This document shows, piece after piece, positions 52,345 through 64,000 of a DNA stretch of 64,000 bases. A model generated the notes under the pieces. That model did no database searches, was not told the origin of the DNA, and was given only the letters and a program-made list of their open reading frames with translations. A program made the translations under genes and the position numbers. The number at the start of each line of letters is the position of its first letter. The stretch's first letter is position 1. The DNA is from Octopus sinensis (taxonomy: Eukaryota), in contig NC_043007.1 in assembly GCF_006345805.1 (NCBI RefSeq), forward strand, positions 64,728,001 through 64,792,000, in the 5' to 3' direction.

Positions 52345-52825
52345 AGACATGGTGAGGATGAGATTCACCTGAATTAAAATGTCCAAAACAAGCTGTTAGC
52401 ACTAATGTAACTCCTACTACTTTATCAGGAATTGAGCGCTCAAGGGAGAAAATGGAATGCAAGGTGATATAACCCTCGGTTATAAACATCCTAACTGTAA
52501 GAAGTGTAAGGCTGCCAAATGTTTGGTTCCAACGAAGCTGCATTTGAACTGTCTTCTCCAGTTCAAATGTGGTTGGACATCGATGGAAACTGCTTCTATT
52601 CCTGGAGGACCACATCTCGCCATTGATGATAACACTGTCCATAAAATGGAAGCTGCCATTTTAGAGGACCGCCGCATAACTATTCGACATCTAGCCCAAG
52701 AAGTGAAGATAAGTGTAGGGTCCGTGGAAAAAATCATTCACGACCATTTGCACATGCTGAAGTTGTCTGCATGATGGATTCCCTAGATGCTCACCTTTTC
52801 AGAAGCAGGAACGAGTCAATTGCAC
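52345..52825 (+). mobile_element. Mariner transposase N-terminal fragment
   Basis: GGPHLAIDDNTVHKMEAAILEDRRITIRHLAQEVKISVGSVEKIIHDHLHMLKLSA*WIP (second HTH plus WVP-like motif). Confidence 0.8.
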
Positions 52826-52918
52826 CCAGGCTCGTATACACATACACACACACAAATACGCGCGCGTGCACATACACACACGTATGTATGTATGTATGTA
52901 TGTATGTATGTATGTATG

Positions 52919-52949
<31 letters not shown>

Positions 52950-54394
52950 CAACAGAAACTTTATTCTCTGTTACCAACAATCATGAGGTAACATCTATGC
53001 AGAAGTTTGAGCTGCAGAAAATAGCAACTAAATCTCTAAATTGCATCCTTAAACTATACCCTCTTAAAAAAACATACCTTGTGCATTTAAAACTAAATTA
53101 TCCTATACCTGAAATAAAGATGGGAATGTTAATAAGCAAGCTTTTGACGGTAAGTCTGCTTGTTCAGTTCTGACGCGAGATTAAACAACAATAAAAATAG
53201 ATCTGCTTTATTCCTCTAAGTTTGTTTTACACCTAAAGCTCTGACTTTGCGAAAGAATTTTTCTTGATTTTATCACTAATATGAGTAGTATGTGTGTGGT
53301 AGTGGTGAAGTGATTGATTGTTATGTTTTGAATTTAGCCTTCAACTTTGATTGGCTATGAGGTCATATAACTAATTTGCACTTGACCAGTACAACAACTT
53401 CCATGTCTTTCGATTGGTTAAAATATTTTACGAATGGCATTCACCTTTTTTCTCGGCTGTTAACTTACAAGATAACAATAAAGGAAAACAATAAGAAAAC
53501 AAAAATAAGACAAACGTATTTGGACACTAAAGATTAATCCACTTAGATACCTTGCTTTCTTTCACCGTTCTCTTCTCTTTTCTCGCTGTCCTACACACTC
53601 ACACGCGCGTGCGAAAACACATTATTTTATTGGTTTTAGTGACCGGGTTGCGATAGTGCTGTGGCATTGTTTTCAAAAGTTTTGTTAGAATGTATCGACT
53701 TCAGTACATATATTTAAGCATATTACTCAATTTATCAATCAGTGTTGTTGGTCTACTAAGTTAAAGGACATAAAATGGACACAACACACACAAAATATGA
53801 GATTTAAACTGATGTAAGCGTAAACACTGAAACACACTAAGAAACTGATATACAGTATACACGTATGCATATGCGCTGGTCCTGGGTAAGTATTCGGGAG
53901 TCCCAGGGTTTTGAAGAGTGTAGAACCACCTCCTAGCCACTATTCTTTTGAGGTCTAGTCTAACCTGGAGTAGCAGCACCTCTCAGCGTCCCAGCAATGG
54001 GTTAGCTAACATATGTGATGACATTTCATTTCAGTGCGGAGACGCAGAAATACGTTTGGTTTATGTCAAGGCGCATTGTAAAATCGTTGAGAGTGAGGGA
54101 CCCCTAGCTGTTGTTACAGTATCCTAGGAGAGGAACACTCTGATGCAAAACGTGCGGATTCATGCGATTAATGGTCATCTCGCTTCAGCCAGATTACCAG
54201 CAATCACGTGATTAGTACCTCGCCTGTCACCAGATACTAATTACAGAGACTCAGAGAATGGGACTCGTATTTTACAACCGTTTATCACTATAATCCAATT
54301 ACATACAGATGTTTCTTTATGGTGCCCTCATTTGCCATCTCATCTACAGAAAGTTCTATGGTGATAAAAGGGTGGCGTCGGCTGCTGACCTTAA

Positions 54395-54872
54395 TATTTC
54401 ATCTATTTCATTTATTTCATCTAGGTTCAGCTCACGAGCTGTGGCCATGCTGGGGCACCACCATTTGGTGTTGCTACATGATTATACTTCACGAATGCTT
54501 TTTAGCAATTGACATTTGGTGCATGAGAGAGTTTGATGCAGCTGCCCTCATCTGCACCTCCTACCGCAAAGTTGGTTCATCTGGAACATCGGACAGGAAG
54601 AGGTCCAGCTTTATTTTGAAGACACCTACATCCACCCCACGCAGGTCTCTCAGGTCCTTCGGGAGGATATTGAAGAGCTGTGGACCTCTGAAGCCCAGGC
54701 TATTGCATTATCTTGTCCTACATCTTGATGGCAAATATGGAGTCCTTGGCACTATGCAGTGGCGCCCAGTTCTAGTTTTTGTGTAACTCCCGATGCCAAA
54801 ATTTGGGACAAGTCTTCCAGGATCTTCCAGATGTATATTATGGCATATTTTTTTCGCCTACGCTCTAAGGAA
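54395..54872 (-). mobile_element. 3' end of CR1-like LINE (ORF2 C-terminus, 3'UTR and (ATGAAAT)-type tail)
   Basis: SLERRRKKYAIIYIWKILEDLVPNFGI...GPQLFNILPKDLRDLRGVDVGVFKIKLDLFLSDVPDEP; 3'UTR GGTGCCCCAGCATGGCCACAGC...GCTGAACC followed by short tandem tail. Confidence 0.8.
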
Positions 54873-56472
54873 GTGCGGGACGCGATGGCAGGATGCTCGA
54901 GGGACAAATCGCCAGGTTTGGATGGTCTACTCAACGAGCTTTACAGTTGTATGCCAGACCTATTTGGAGACGTCTTGGCAGCGATGTACTGCAACTGGCA
55001 GCAAAACGGGAGCATTCCAGGTTTTGTGAGCCGAGGAGCCGTAACACTGCTGAGGAAAGATCTAAACAAGGGGGATGTAATAGATAACTTTAGGCCCATC
55101 ACTCTGCTTAATGCAGACTTGAAAATTTTGGCCAAGGTGTTAGCCAAGAGGTTGGCGCTTGTCATCGAGAATTTTGTCGACAAGGCGCAAACGTGCGCCG
55201 TGTCGTGCCGGAGCATCCATGACAACCTCCATCTGATGCGCTACATCATAGACAGGGTAGTTAAGGAACCTGGTATGGGTGGGGCGCCGATCAATTTGGA
55301 TCACTCGAAAGCTTTCGATAGGGTAGACCATCGATACTTGGAGGCTGTCCTCAGAGCAGCTGGTTTTGGTCCCGTCTTCCGCGGTTGGATAGCCGCTTTG
55401 TACAGAGGTATCCGTTCGGTAATTCGCGTAAATGGACATCTATCGAGACCTTTCGACATTGCACGTTCGGTCCGTCAGGGATGCCCCCTCTCGTCGCTTC
55501 TCTATGTATTGACTCTCGAGCCATTATTGTGGAAGCTGGCAACAACTCTGAGGGGCATCCCGCGAGAGCTGGGATGCGGGACGAGCGTGTTTGCATACGC
55601 GGACGACGTCACCGTCATATTGTCTAGGCACGAGCACATCGAGCTGGTCGGCGAGACACTGAAAGACTACGAAGCGGTGAGAGGAACGAAAATCAACCGG
55701 TAAAAATCTGTGGGCTAGCAACTCGGCACCTGGAGAAGCAAGCCCATGCCGTCCACCAACGCCTCCACCAACAATTTCTGACTTGTGGGCTTATGTCGAA
55801 CGACTGCTGTCACGTGTGGGACGAGTCAGTTTATCAGCCGAGTCTATCGTCAATATTGTCACGCCTCCTTCCTTGAAACGGGAAGGAAGAGCTATTTTCA
55901 TCATCCTTGTGGCTATGGCGAAAGAATGTATCTGGTGGACGCGTCTGAAAGGATTGGAGACAAACACTTTCCTCTCTGGTCAATCTCACATCAACTTCTT
56001 CAAGTATCACTTGAAAAGGAAAGTGAGAGTAGAGAGGCAAGTTTTGTCTAGCGAATGTTTCAAAGAAAGATGGGTGAATGTAGCAAGGATGGCACGTATG
56101 AATGACGAAGCCACTTTGAGCATAATCCTATGAACCCGGAAAATTTAAAAGAGAGAGTTACCTACTTGTAAACAAATGTGGTAACAAGTAACATTATTGA
56201 CCGATGTTACCGTGGTCTTTTTCCGTAGGCTTTTCTTTCCACAGATAAACCTTATCTGCTTCCCCCTTTAGACTTTACATCATGACACTGTGATACACGA
56301 TCTCTGCTGACCGTTTTTTTCTGTTCTGTTCCTTTTTTTCCTTCTTTCCCTTTTACGATCCCTTTTGATCGAAAACCTACCCCACCTTTTTTTTTCTCTC
56401 CCCAAAAAAGAAAAGCTCTACCTTGTAATCTGTCCCGTCTGTGTGCAGCCCTGTGTGGCTAATAAAGAAACA
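54870..56472 (+). mobile_element. 5'-truncated Tx1/L1-clade LINE: RT domain, internally deleted C-terminus, 3'UTR, AATAAA
   Basis: KSPGLDGL, FRPITLLNADLKILAKVLAKRL, DHSKAFDRVDH, VRQGCPLS and FAYADDV are open in one frame to 55703. It jumps at ~55765 to TISDLW...ERWVNV..IIL*. The 3'UTR ends GCTAATAAAG before a (TATC)n tract. Confidence 0.9.
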
Positions 56473-56565
<93 letters not shown>

Positions 56566-56569
56566 GTCA

Positions 56570-56605
<36 letters not shown>

Positions 56606-56610
56606 GCCTG

Positions 56611-56680
<70 letters not shown>

Positions 56681-56682
56681 GG

Positions 56683-56722
<40 letters not shown>
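56473..56722. repeat. (TATC)n/(TGTC)n compound microsatellite at the LINE 3' end
   Basis: Direct reading. Confidence 0.95.
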
Positions 56723-56723
<1 letters not shown>

Positions 56724-56879
56724 ATGTCTGTCTGGTGCCTGGTGATAAAACACCCGGAAGTCATTATAGGAAAACGAAAGTACTACCAAAGCATTCTATA
56801 TGAACGAGGTGCACTTATAAGCCAGTCACTGCACATCAGCTGCACATATGTTACCAACTCAAGGATACAAATCCTTTTC

Positions 56880-58420
56880 TACAAAAGAATACGTGACATT
56901 TGAAAGACAAATGGTGAAACCAGAGGGTGGCTGAAATCCTGGCCATTTACTGATTCTCACTTTGTCAGTTTGAGGGAGATGAACATTCTTAAGAGAAGTG
57001 GTGAAATGTAAGGATAGCTCTCACCTCAATATCAAGAAAATTGAGATCATGAAGTACTTTGAGGAACAGTTTAGTGAGTTACTAAACTTGTCCTTAGTAA
57101 TTTGTCGCGAGGCTCTGGAATGTAATCAGCACCTTTCCGAAGATATCAGTTTGGTATTATTATCGACTTTGGAGGAACTGGTAATCGCCGTTTACGAGAC
57201 AAAATTGTGAAGAGCTCCTGGTGTTGACAGCATTCTTAAAGAACTCTACGTCTAAGGTGTGAAGGAATTTCGTTGCATGGTTCTCCAATTCTTCAGAGAA
57301 TACCGATAAAATGGTAATCTCCTGCAATATTTCAAAGATGTACAGATGCTAAGTATTTATAAGTGGAACGGTGACTGACAGAACTGTGCAAACTATCGAA
57401 GAATTTTTCGTCTCTCAATAGCGAGAGAAATCCTAGCAAAGATACTGCTCAAGTGAGTGCAAAAAATATCTGAACAAATTCTTCCTGACAGCCAGTGTTG
57501 ATTTTATATGCTTAAAGACACCGACTGTATGACTTTTATCTTTAGACAAATCCAGAAAAATACTATAGAATAGCGAGTTCATCTTTTCGTTGCCTTCACC
57601 GACTATACAAAGGTTTTCCACAGTGTTCGAATAGAGGGCTTATAGTCCTTGCTCAAAAGATATGAGTATCCAAACAAATTTGTGGAAATATTCAGACAAT
57701 TTCACGGTGGTAAGTTTACCACGATCTTTATCGTAGCTTGTGGAGAACAGCTATTTGCGTTATTTATGGGGGATCGTGTTTAAAAATATAGGGTGAGAGC
57801 TGACAGTTGGGGTGTATATCCACACAACCGTGGATGATAGACTGATGAAAGTATCAAAGCTAAGATCCATTCGCAGAAATTGCACTGATCACTCATCTCT
57901 ATTGGATAAGTCGCTGGGAGAAATCCAGAAAATCCCGCGTGAATTTGAATGCACGGCGGTAAGTTTGGGATTATAATTTTACTTTAAAAAGAAAGAAGTC
58001 TTGTATCAGCTTGAACCTTGGGCACGGGAACAAGAATTCTGATCGCGAATCAGCCTCTACATATAGGGAAGAAGTTTACATATGTGAGTGGTACAATTTC
58101 TGATTAAAACATCATTGATGCATAGGTGATTTGCCATTGCTAGTCGGTTATAGTCGCTTCTGGAAGCTCAAATGACCGTGGACTGCCACTAGACATAAAA
58201 CTGTCACCAAAATGCGAAATGCACCGAGTAGTAGTGCTATTCTGTCTCATGTTCTGCTACGATCTACACACACCGACACAACACAAGACTGATGAACTGT
58301 TTGTTGTAATACCTACGATCTATAATCCACACTTCTTGACATAACATCTTTTGCCAGGGGTCTTTTAATGCGCAAATATGCCTAGTGTAAGTTTATCCTG
58401 CTGAAAGGCAGTTACACTGG
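56880..58420 (+). mobile_element. Decayed RTE-clade LINE ORF2 (tether plus RT)
   Basis: KYFEEQFSELLN, TLEELVIAV..TKL*RAPGVDSI, NYRRIFRLSIAREILAKIL, ILPDSQC and FVAFTDYTKVFHSV (compare F.DLTKAFDTV); many stops. Confidence 0.75.
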
Positions 58421-60198
58421 TGGGGATGGGGGTGGGCACATGATTCGTATGGAGGACACTAGTATCCACTAGAACAAACTGAGTTAAGGAAACTGTCGAA
58501 GAGATCGCCGTAAATTCTATTAGTAGGATATCACCAAGTGATGAATTTATGAAATAAGCTTCATTGTAATTACATGAAAGAAGACAACGACTGACTGACA
58601 AAAGCGGAGACCCATAAAGAAAGAAGTAAAAGATGTAGAGTAGAGTTGGATGAAACAACACAGAGGAAAGCTAGAGCAAGATCCATGCTATAGGATCTGC
58701 TAACATTAATCTGCAAAATCTACATATCATTGTGTCAGTGCCTTTGGTCTATAGTCTCAAGCATCGTTGATTAAGTTATTTTGTTAAATTGGAAAAAAAA
58801 AAGAAAAAAAGATTATAAAATATAATTCTTTTCAGTTTCCATGTCATAGTCGATTATGACGGATAGCTGATAAATAGACACACTCACGCACATACATATA
58901 CAAACGTACACATATGTATACATAAGCACATGTACATGTGTTTTCTGTGTGTGTATGTGTGTGTGAGTGTGGGTGTATGCATGTATTACAGTCATCGCAT
59001 ACACTCAATCACACGTAATATACACACAAAAGCGGTTGCACTAAGCGGATTATATCCGAGAAGTCATTAAATCCGGGACTCGTAATTAAATACTGCTGCA
59101 GGGAAGTTAGGTCGCTGTTGTGATTGCTCTTAATTGAGTACTGTTAATATTTATGCTCTAGTTGTTGTTATTGGTAATGGTCGTGGAGATGGTTGCAAAA
59201 TGATAGGAAGATAGGATGGGGTAGACTGATATAGTTTTTAGCTGTAACTATTGAACTAAATTATTCAGTGCTTGTCCACAGGTGCAAATGGTTTTATTTT
59301 CTCACCTGTAGGTGAGAATAAAAAAAACCTCTCAGTCATTGTTTGCTAGTTTGTTTGTTTGTTTGTTTTCCCCTCTCTCTCCATTTTAGTACGTATTCAA
59401 AACACTTAAACACAGCCGCAACTATGATAAATATAACATGCACCTACACTCACACACACACATGCATACACGCGCGCACGCGCGCATGTACGCTCGCACT
59501 CATGCAGGCACGCACGCAGATTTCATGATGAACTCTCAGAGTACTGACCCGAAAAGTAGCATGTTCTATTTTCTCTCTTATATTCACATTTTATGTATTA
59601 ATTTATTTCTTGTTATCCTTTTCTTGTTAAAGTTTGCTTTACTAATCTGAAGCAAATTAGCTGGTAAATGCAACTCCGTGAATGATTTTCAATACGTTTC
59701 TTTTTTGTCGGCAAAGAAAGAAGTAGTTGTACACCGACTGAGAGTGAATTGTATTTCACACACATGCGTGCGCGCGCACTCATCACACATCTGCGTCAAG
59801 TATTAAAGTAAATGCTAATATAATACATAGAACGAATTTGTGTTGGTAATGTACGATTTTAACGTTGCATATCTAGTCAGATGACACACGGCATTATTGC
59901 AAACTGTCGAAAACCGTGGTTTAGGTAGTGAGCTTTCAGTATCAATAATCAACAAGTTATGTTCGATTCTCAGTTGTTTCCAATTCTTTTCCAGTGTGAA
60001 ATGTATTGGGAAAGCCACGAGAACTATAATTCCCATTTACTTGTTCCTTGAAGCCAATAGAGCTAATTATCCCTTGATTGATACATCACTAATCAAAAAA
60101 TATTGAGCAATCAATCTCTTTTATGACTCTAGCCCGCGGGATTAACCGAAGCAAATCGTTAATTCAATTTTTTCTATTCGTCTATACAAGTTGTTTCT

Positions 60199-60429
60199 TA
60201 TTTCTTTATTGCCCACAAGGGGCTAAACATAGACAAACAAGGACAGACAAAGGGATTAAGACGATTATATCGACCCCAGTGCGTAACTGGTACTTATTTA
60301 ATAGACCCCGAAAGGATGAAAGGTAAAGTCGACCTCGGCGGAATTTGAACTCAGAACGTCACGGCAGACGAAATACGGTTACGCATTTCGCCCGGCGTGC
60401 TAACGTTTCTGCCAGCTCGCCGCCTTACA
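60199..60429 (-). mobile_element. Full-length young tRNA-derived SINE with 16-bp TSD
   Basis: Reverse complement of the 16437 family; TSD TATACAAGTTGTTTCT at 60183-60198 and 60430-60445. Confidence 0.92.
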
Positions 60430-60599
60430 TATACAAGTTGTTTCTATCGGCAATTTTAAATAAGTTCTGCAGAGGTAGAAAGCCAACAAGTTTTCGAATT
60501 TAGTTTGTAATAATTTCTTTTTATTTATGTCGGTGATATTTTTAACAAAGCACAAACACCACAGCTCTTCACATTTTCAGCTTTTAAAATGTCCTCAGT

Positions 60600-60965
60600 C
60601 ATGATTCACTCTGAGGAGGTGGGAACTATTACTTAAATGGTTAAATAAGCAAGAATAATGATGAATGTCTCCAGGTTTTTAAGAGCACTATGATTCCTCA
60701 ATAAAAAGATTTTCAGAGATGCTAGTTGATTGCTAATCACCACTAAGATGACATCGTGTCTACTAGAAGATTTTTTTGTGACAAAGTATTCTCTTCATCT
60801 CCCAAGTGTGCTTCTCTCTGTATAAAGATCCCCAGCCGAGTTCTTAACGAGAGGCGTGGAAGAGGGCTTCTTATTACGAAGTCGGCGGATGGTCTGCCAG
60901 AAGTTGCCTGAATTAGCCGACCTAAAGTTAGGGTCCAGCTTAATTCTAGAGTCCTTCCGTTTTTA
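60600..60965 (-). mobile_element. RTE-like LINE fragment (tether region)
   Basis: NFWQTIRRLRNKKPSSTPLVKNSAGIFIQRE resembles the FWQTIRRLR...G.LLT region between endonuclease and RT. Confidence 0.55.
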
Positions 60966-61097
60966 GTATCTCTGCTGCAACTTTTAGTGCATCAGTGTGT
61001 AGCCTGTGCGAAAAGGGAGAGTTTGTTTTCAAGTTAAGCTATTTAAATCTCCTTTATTCAGAGGTGTCTTTAATATTAACACACACACACACACACA

Positions 61098-61165
<68 letters not shown>

Positions 61166-61166
<1 letters not shown>

Positions 61167-61325
61167 CGGGCTTCTTTCAGTTTCCGTCTGTAAAAAAAAA
61201 CAATCACAATGTTTTGGTCGGCCCGAGGCTACAGTAGAAGACACTTGCCCAAGGTGCTACGCAGTGGGACTGAACCCGGAAGCATGAGGTTGTGATGCAA
61301 GCTACTTACTACACATCCACTCTTG
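61166..61325 (-). mobile_element. 5' half of CORE-type SINE
   Basis: CGGGCTTCTTTCAGTTTCCGTC...GGTCGGCCCGAGGCTA.AGTAGAAGACACTTGCCCAAGGTG...GGGACTGAACCCGG; adjoins a (CA)n tract. Confidence 0.82.
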
Positions 61326-62123
61326 CGCATGTATATATATATATATGTATATATGTGTGTGTGTGTGTGTGTGTGCATCAGCGATTAGTTAAGTAAAACG
61401 TTTGTATCCTTTGGGGACATCTATACTATAATGGAGAAAGCTGCTTATTAATTAGGTATGTAACAATTACCAAAAGTACTAACAGAAAGCAATTACTAAA
61501 GGGTTGACCGTCTGGAAATATTTTTATAAATTCATATTCTAAGAAATTTCCTATAATTTCGATTTCTCAAGTTTCTTGAAATTTTTAAACTCCAATTTCT
61601 CGCAAATTTAAATATTCATTGCATTCACTGTGAAGTATTCCATTCTCATTTGCAAAGTCTCTCACTTTCCCTTTTAAGTTTTCATTGGCTATTTGGAAAA
61701 CCGACAGTTTATTCTATTAATGTGTACGTAATTTATTATTTATTGATTGAAACTTTTTAAAATACCAGTGTAAATTTTGAACGCGGGACAGCTGTGAGAA
61801 GAGCCTAGAAAGTTGAGTAATTACTATTAGAAGATGAGGAGAAAAAAAAGTTACCGACAAGTACCTTATTCACAGTTTCGAAACACTCTGTACCACTAAG
61901 CCAATATATACACAAACACGTTGTCCGGGCGTCTTCAACAGTGACACACTCACGCACATACATAGATACACATATACACAAATGAAAGGCAATGAGTGTG
62001 TGTGTGTGCGCGCGAGCGTTTGATGTTCACTGATAAAACTTCGAGCTCCATTACTTTTGCGAAGTTTTGTCAGTGAAAATATTTTGACGCAAATGAAATT
62101 TTAATGTTAAAGTAAAACTGGTA

Positions 62124-62356
62124 CTACTTAAATACAGAGGTCCCTTATCAAGTACTACTTAAAAACAGAGGTACTACTTAAATACAGGTATTACATACAA
62201 AACATTTTAAATGTACGCTGTGTGGACGTGTAATGACACCCTAACCCTAATCCACCCTAAAACTAGTCCTCACCTTAACTCTAAAATTTAAGCCGAAAAC
62301 TAACTCTTCCCCTCATATCGTTACGTAGATGCATCGGGACCTCTGTATTTAAGTAG
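62124..62356. mobile_element. MITE-like element with perfect 21-bp inverted repeats and internal telomere-like hexamers
   Basis: CTACTTAAATACAGAGGTCCC (62124-44) / GGGACCTCTGTATTTAAGTAG (62336-56); CCCTAACCCTAA at 62239-62250. Confidence 0.7.
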
Positions 62357-62629
62357 GGCCGTGAAAGTAACGGTTTCTGTGTGTTCTTGAATGGCTTACA
62401 AACATCTACGCTGCAATTATTTTTGTTTCAGCACACGATCTCAGATCAAGTCACTTGCTATGCAAGTACATCACCGTATTTTTTTAAAAATCACTGTGGA
62501 TAAATTCCCTCAATGACCCCAGGCTCTCCAGTATTTTAATTACTAAACAGAAACAATCGGGGGCAGGGAGTAGGGTTGCAAAATATTCATAATTTCTCAA
62601 ATCTTCTTTTTATAGACTATAAATGTATT

Positions 62630-62960
62630 TTATGAGGAAAATTTTTGAAAAGCAGCAATACATGCGAGAGTGATATAGAAACGAGGAGGTTGTCTTTGGA
62701 TATGCTAGAAACAACAGCCAAAATGCCCTTAAATCACTGACTTTTCCCTCTGAAAATATTAACAATTTTAAAAACAATTACCGAAAATGCTCCTCCCATG
62801 GTTTTGAAGTGCAAAAATAAATTGGCCAAAATAGGTTCGGAGTGGTGTGAAGGAGGGGGTGTAAAAAAAAGAGTTTACAAGACTTTTTTTTATACAAAGA
62901 TGCCCTCCCCTCATCATTTCGAAGGATGTAGTTAAAAAAAATAATGAGGAAGGCCTCTGA
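62630..62960 (+). mobile_element. Fragment of the same family as the 27673-28815 element
   Basis: GGATATGCTAGAAACAACAGCCAAA and downstream sequence match 28273-28297. Confidence 0.6.
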
Positions 62961-63819
62961 AAAAAATTTCCCCACAAATTTCTTTATATTCGTAATCTAT
63001 GCCGTTTGAAAGGGATTAGAATAAATTTTCATTAAAAGATACCCATCTTCCTGAAAGTTATGAGGGAAAAAAGTCAGATCGTGTGAATTTTCCAAAACTC
63101 CTCTCTTTCTCATAAATCCCTATATACTCTGAAGCCACAACATCTAAGCGGTATTTGTAGAAAATTTTGTTAAAAAGTATCCATTTTTCTGGAAGTCATG
63201 AGGCAACAAAGTCAGAGGCGTATACATCTGTAGAAATGCCCTTTTATTTATACGATTTTTTCATTTCATGTTTATTTCATTCATTATTTGCAATGTTATC
63301 TCTCTCCCCCTCTCTCACACACACTGCAAAGCTTACAGAAGGGCTGCTGAATTGCCATATCTATGTTGCTTTGAGGGGAAGGTAGAACTTGACAAACTGT
63401 TTCCCCCTTTGTTGTTGGACTAGCGTGATGTTTGTTTAAAAATGAGAGATTATGACTGATATAATAATGAAAGCAATATTTACTAAGCAAGTGAGCACTA
63501 TTATACAAAGAAATAATTAGACGTAAAATATAAAAATTATTAGAATTGGGAATGAAATGTGAAAATATTATCAAGTGGGCTAGCAGAAAACCACCCGGAG
63601 GGTGTTAGTCTGCTATTGAATTATAATGTAAAAATAATGTCTGACTTGTAGAATAAACCAGAAATGGGATTTGTGTCGTCCAAAAATTTGGGTAACTTTA
63701 TTAATTCGGCATTGCTGTGCTGAATGCAGTAACCCCCCCCCCACACACACACTGTATGTCTGTCTGTTTCACACACTCAAACACAAATGCACACTACACA
63801 CGGATACACACACACAAAC

Positions 63820-64000
63820 ACTCACACACTACCACCTCTACCGCGACCACAACAACATCACCGCCACCACCATCACCACCACCACCACCGACCACAAAAC
63901 AACAGCAGAATTGGTTGCCTTCTTGAGTTTTACTGCTGGTAGGACCACCACCATAACACCCTTACTCCTCACCCCCTCACCATCATCACCCCACCTTACC
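63820..64000. repeat. (CCA/CAA/CAT)n low-complexity tract
   Basis: Direct reading. Confidence 0.85.

Noticed and set aside
53880-54290. Possible RTE 5'UTR (CCTAGGAGAGGAACACTCTGAT motif) that might hold an HDV-like ribozyme
   Set aside because: I could not thread a nested double pseudoknot by eye and no RTE ORF follows directly.

Overview
AT-rich eukaryotic DNA that is almost entirely microsatellites and transposon debris. I recognise no host protein-coding exon, rRNA, tRNA gene or CRISPR array. The SINE families and overall repeat landscape look like an octopus (coleoid cephalopod) intergenic or large-intron region; this is inference from recalled repeat sequences, not a database result. Most long ORFs in the supplied track are read-throughs of (TA)n, (CA)n, (GA)n and (TATC)n. 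The real coding remnants are all mobile-element derived: Penelope-like (GIY-YIG/RT), Tx1/L1-like RT and ORF1, CR1-like, RTE-like, Helitron helicase and four mariner fragments. The most interesting signals are: (1) several sequence-unrelated type I hammerhead ribozyme motifs with palindromic stem III (near-complete at 1607-1669; a U4C variant at 3782-3824; two in the inverted arms of a Penelope-like element at 20.9-22.4 kb; a 3' half at 23061-23087); (2) a perfect 69-bp-arm foldback at 8469-8611 inside an apparently ORF1-only retroelement; (3) a 385-bp Helitron inserted exactly at A|T inside the last codons of an older Helitron helicase gene; (4) further local inverted duplications and a back-to-back CR1/Tx1 LINE junction.
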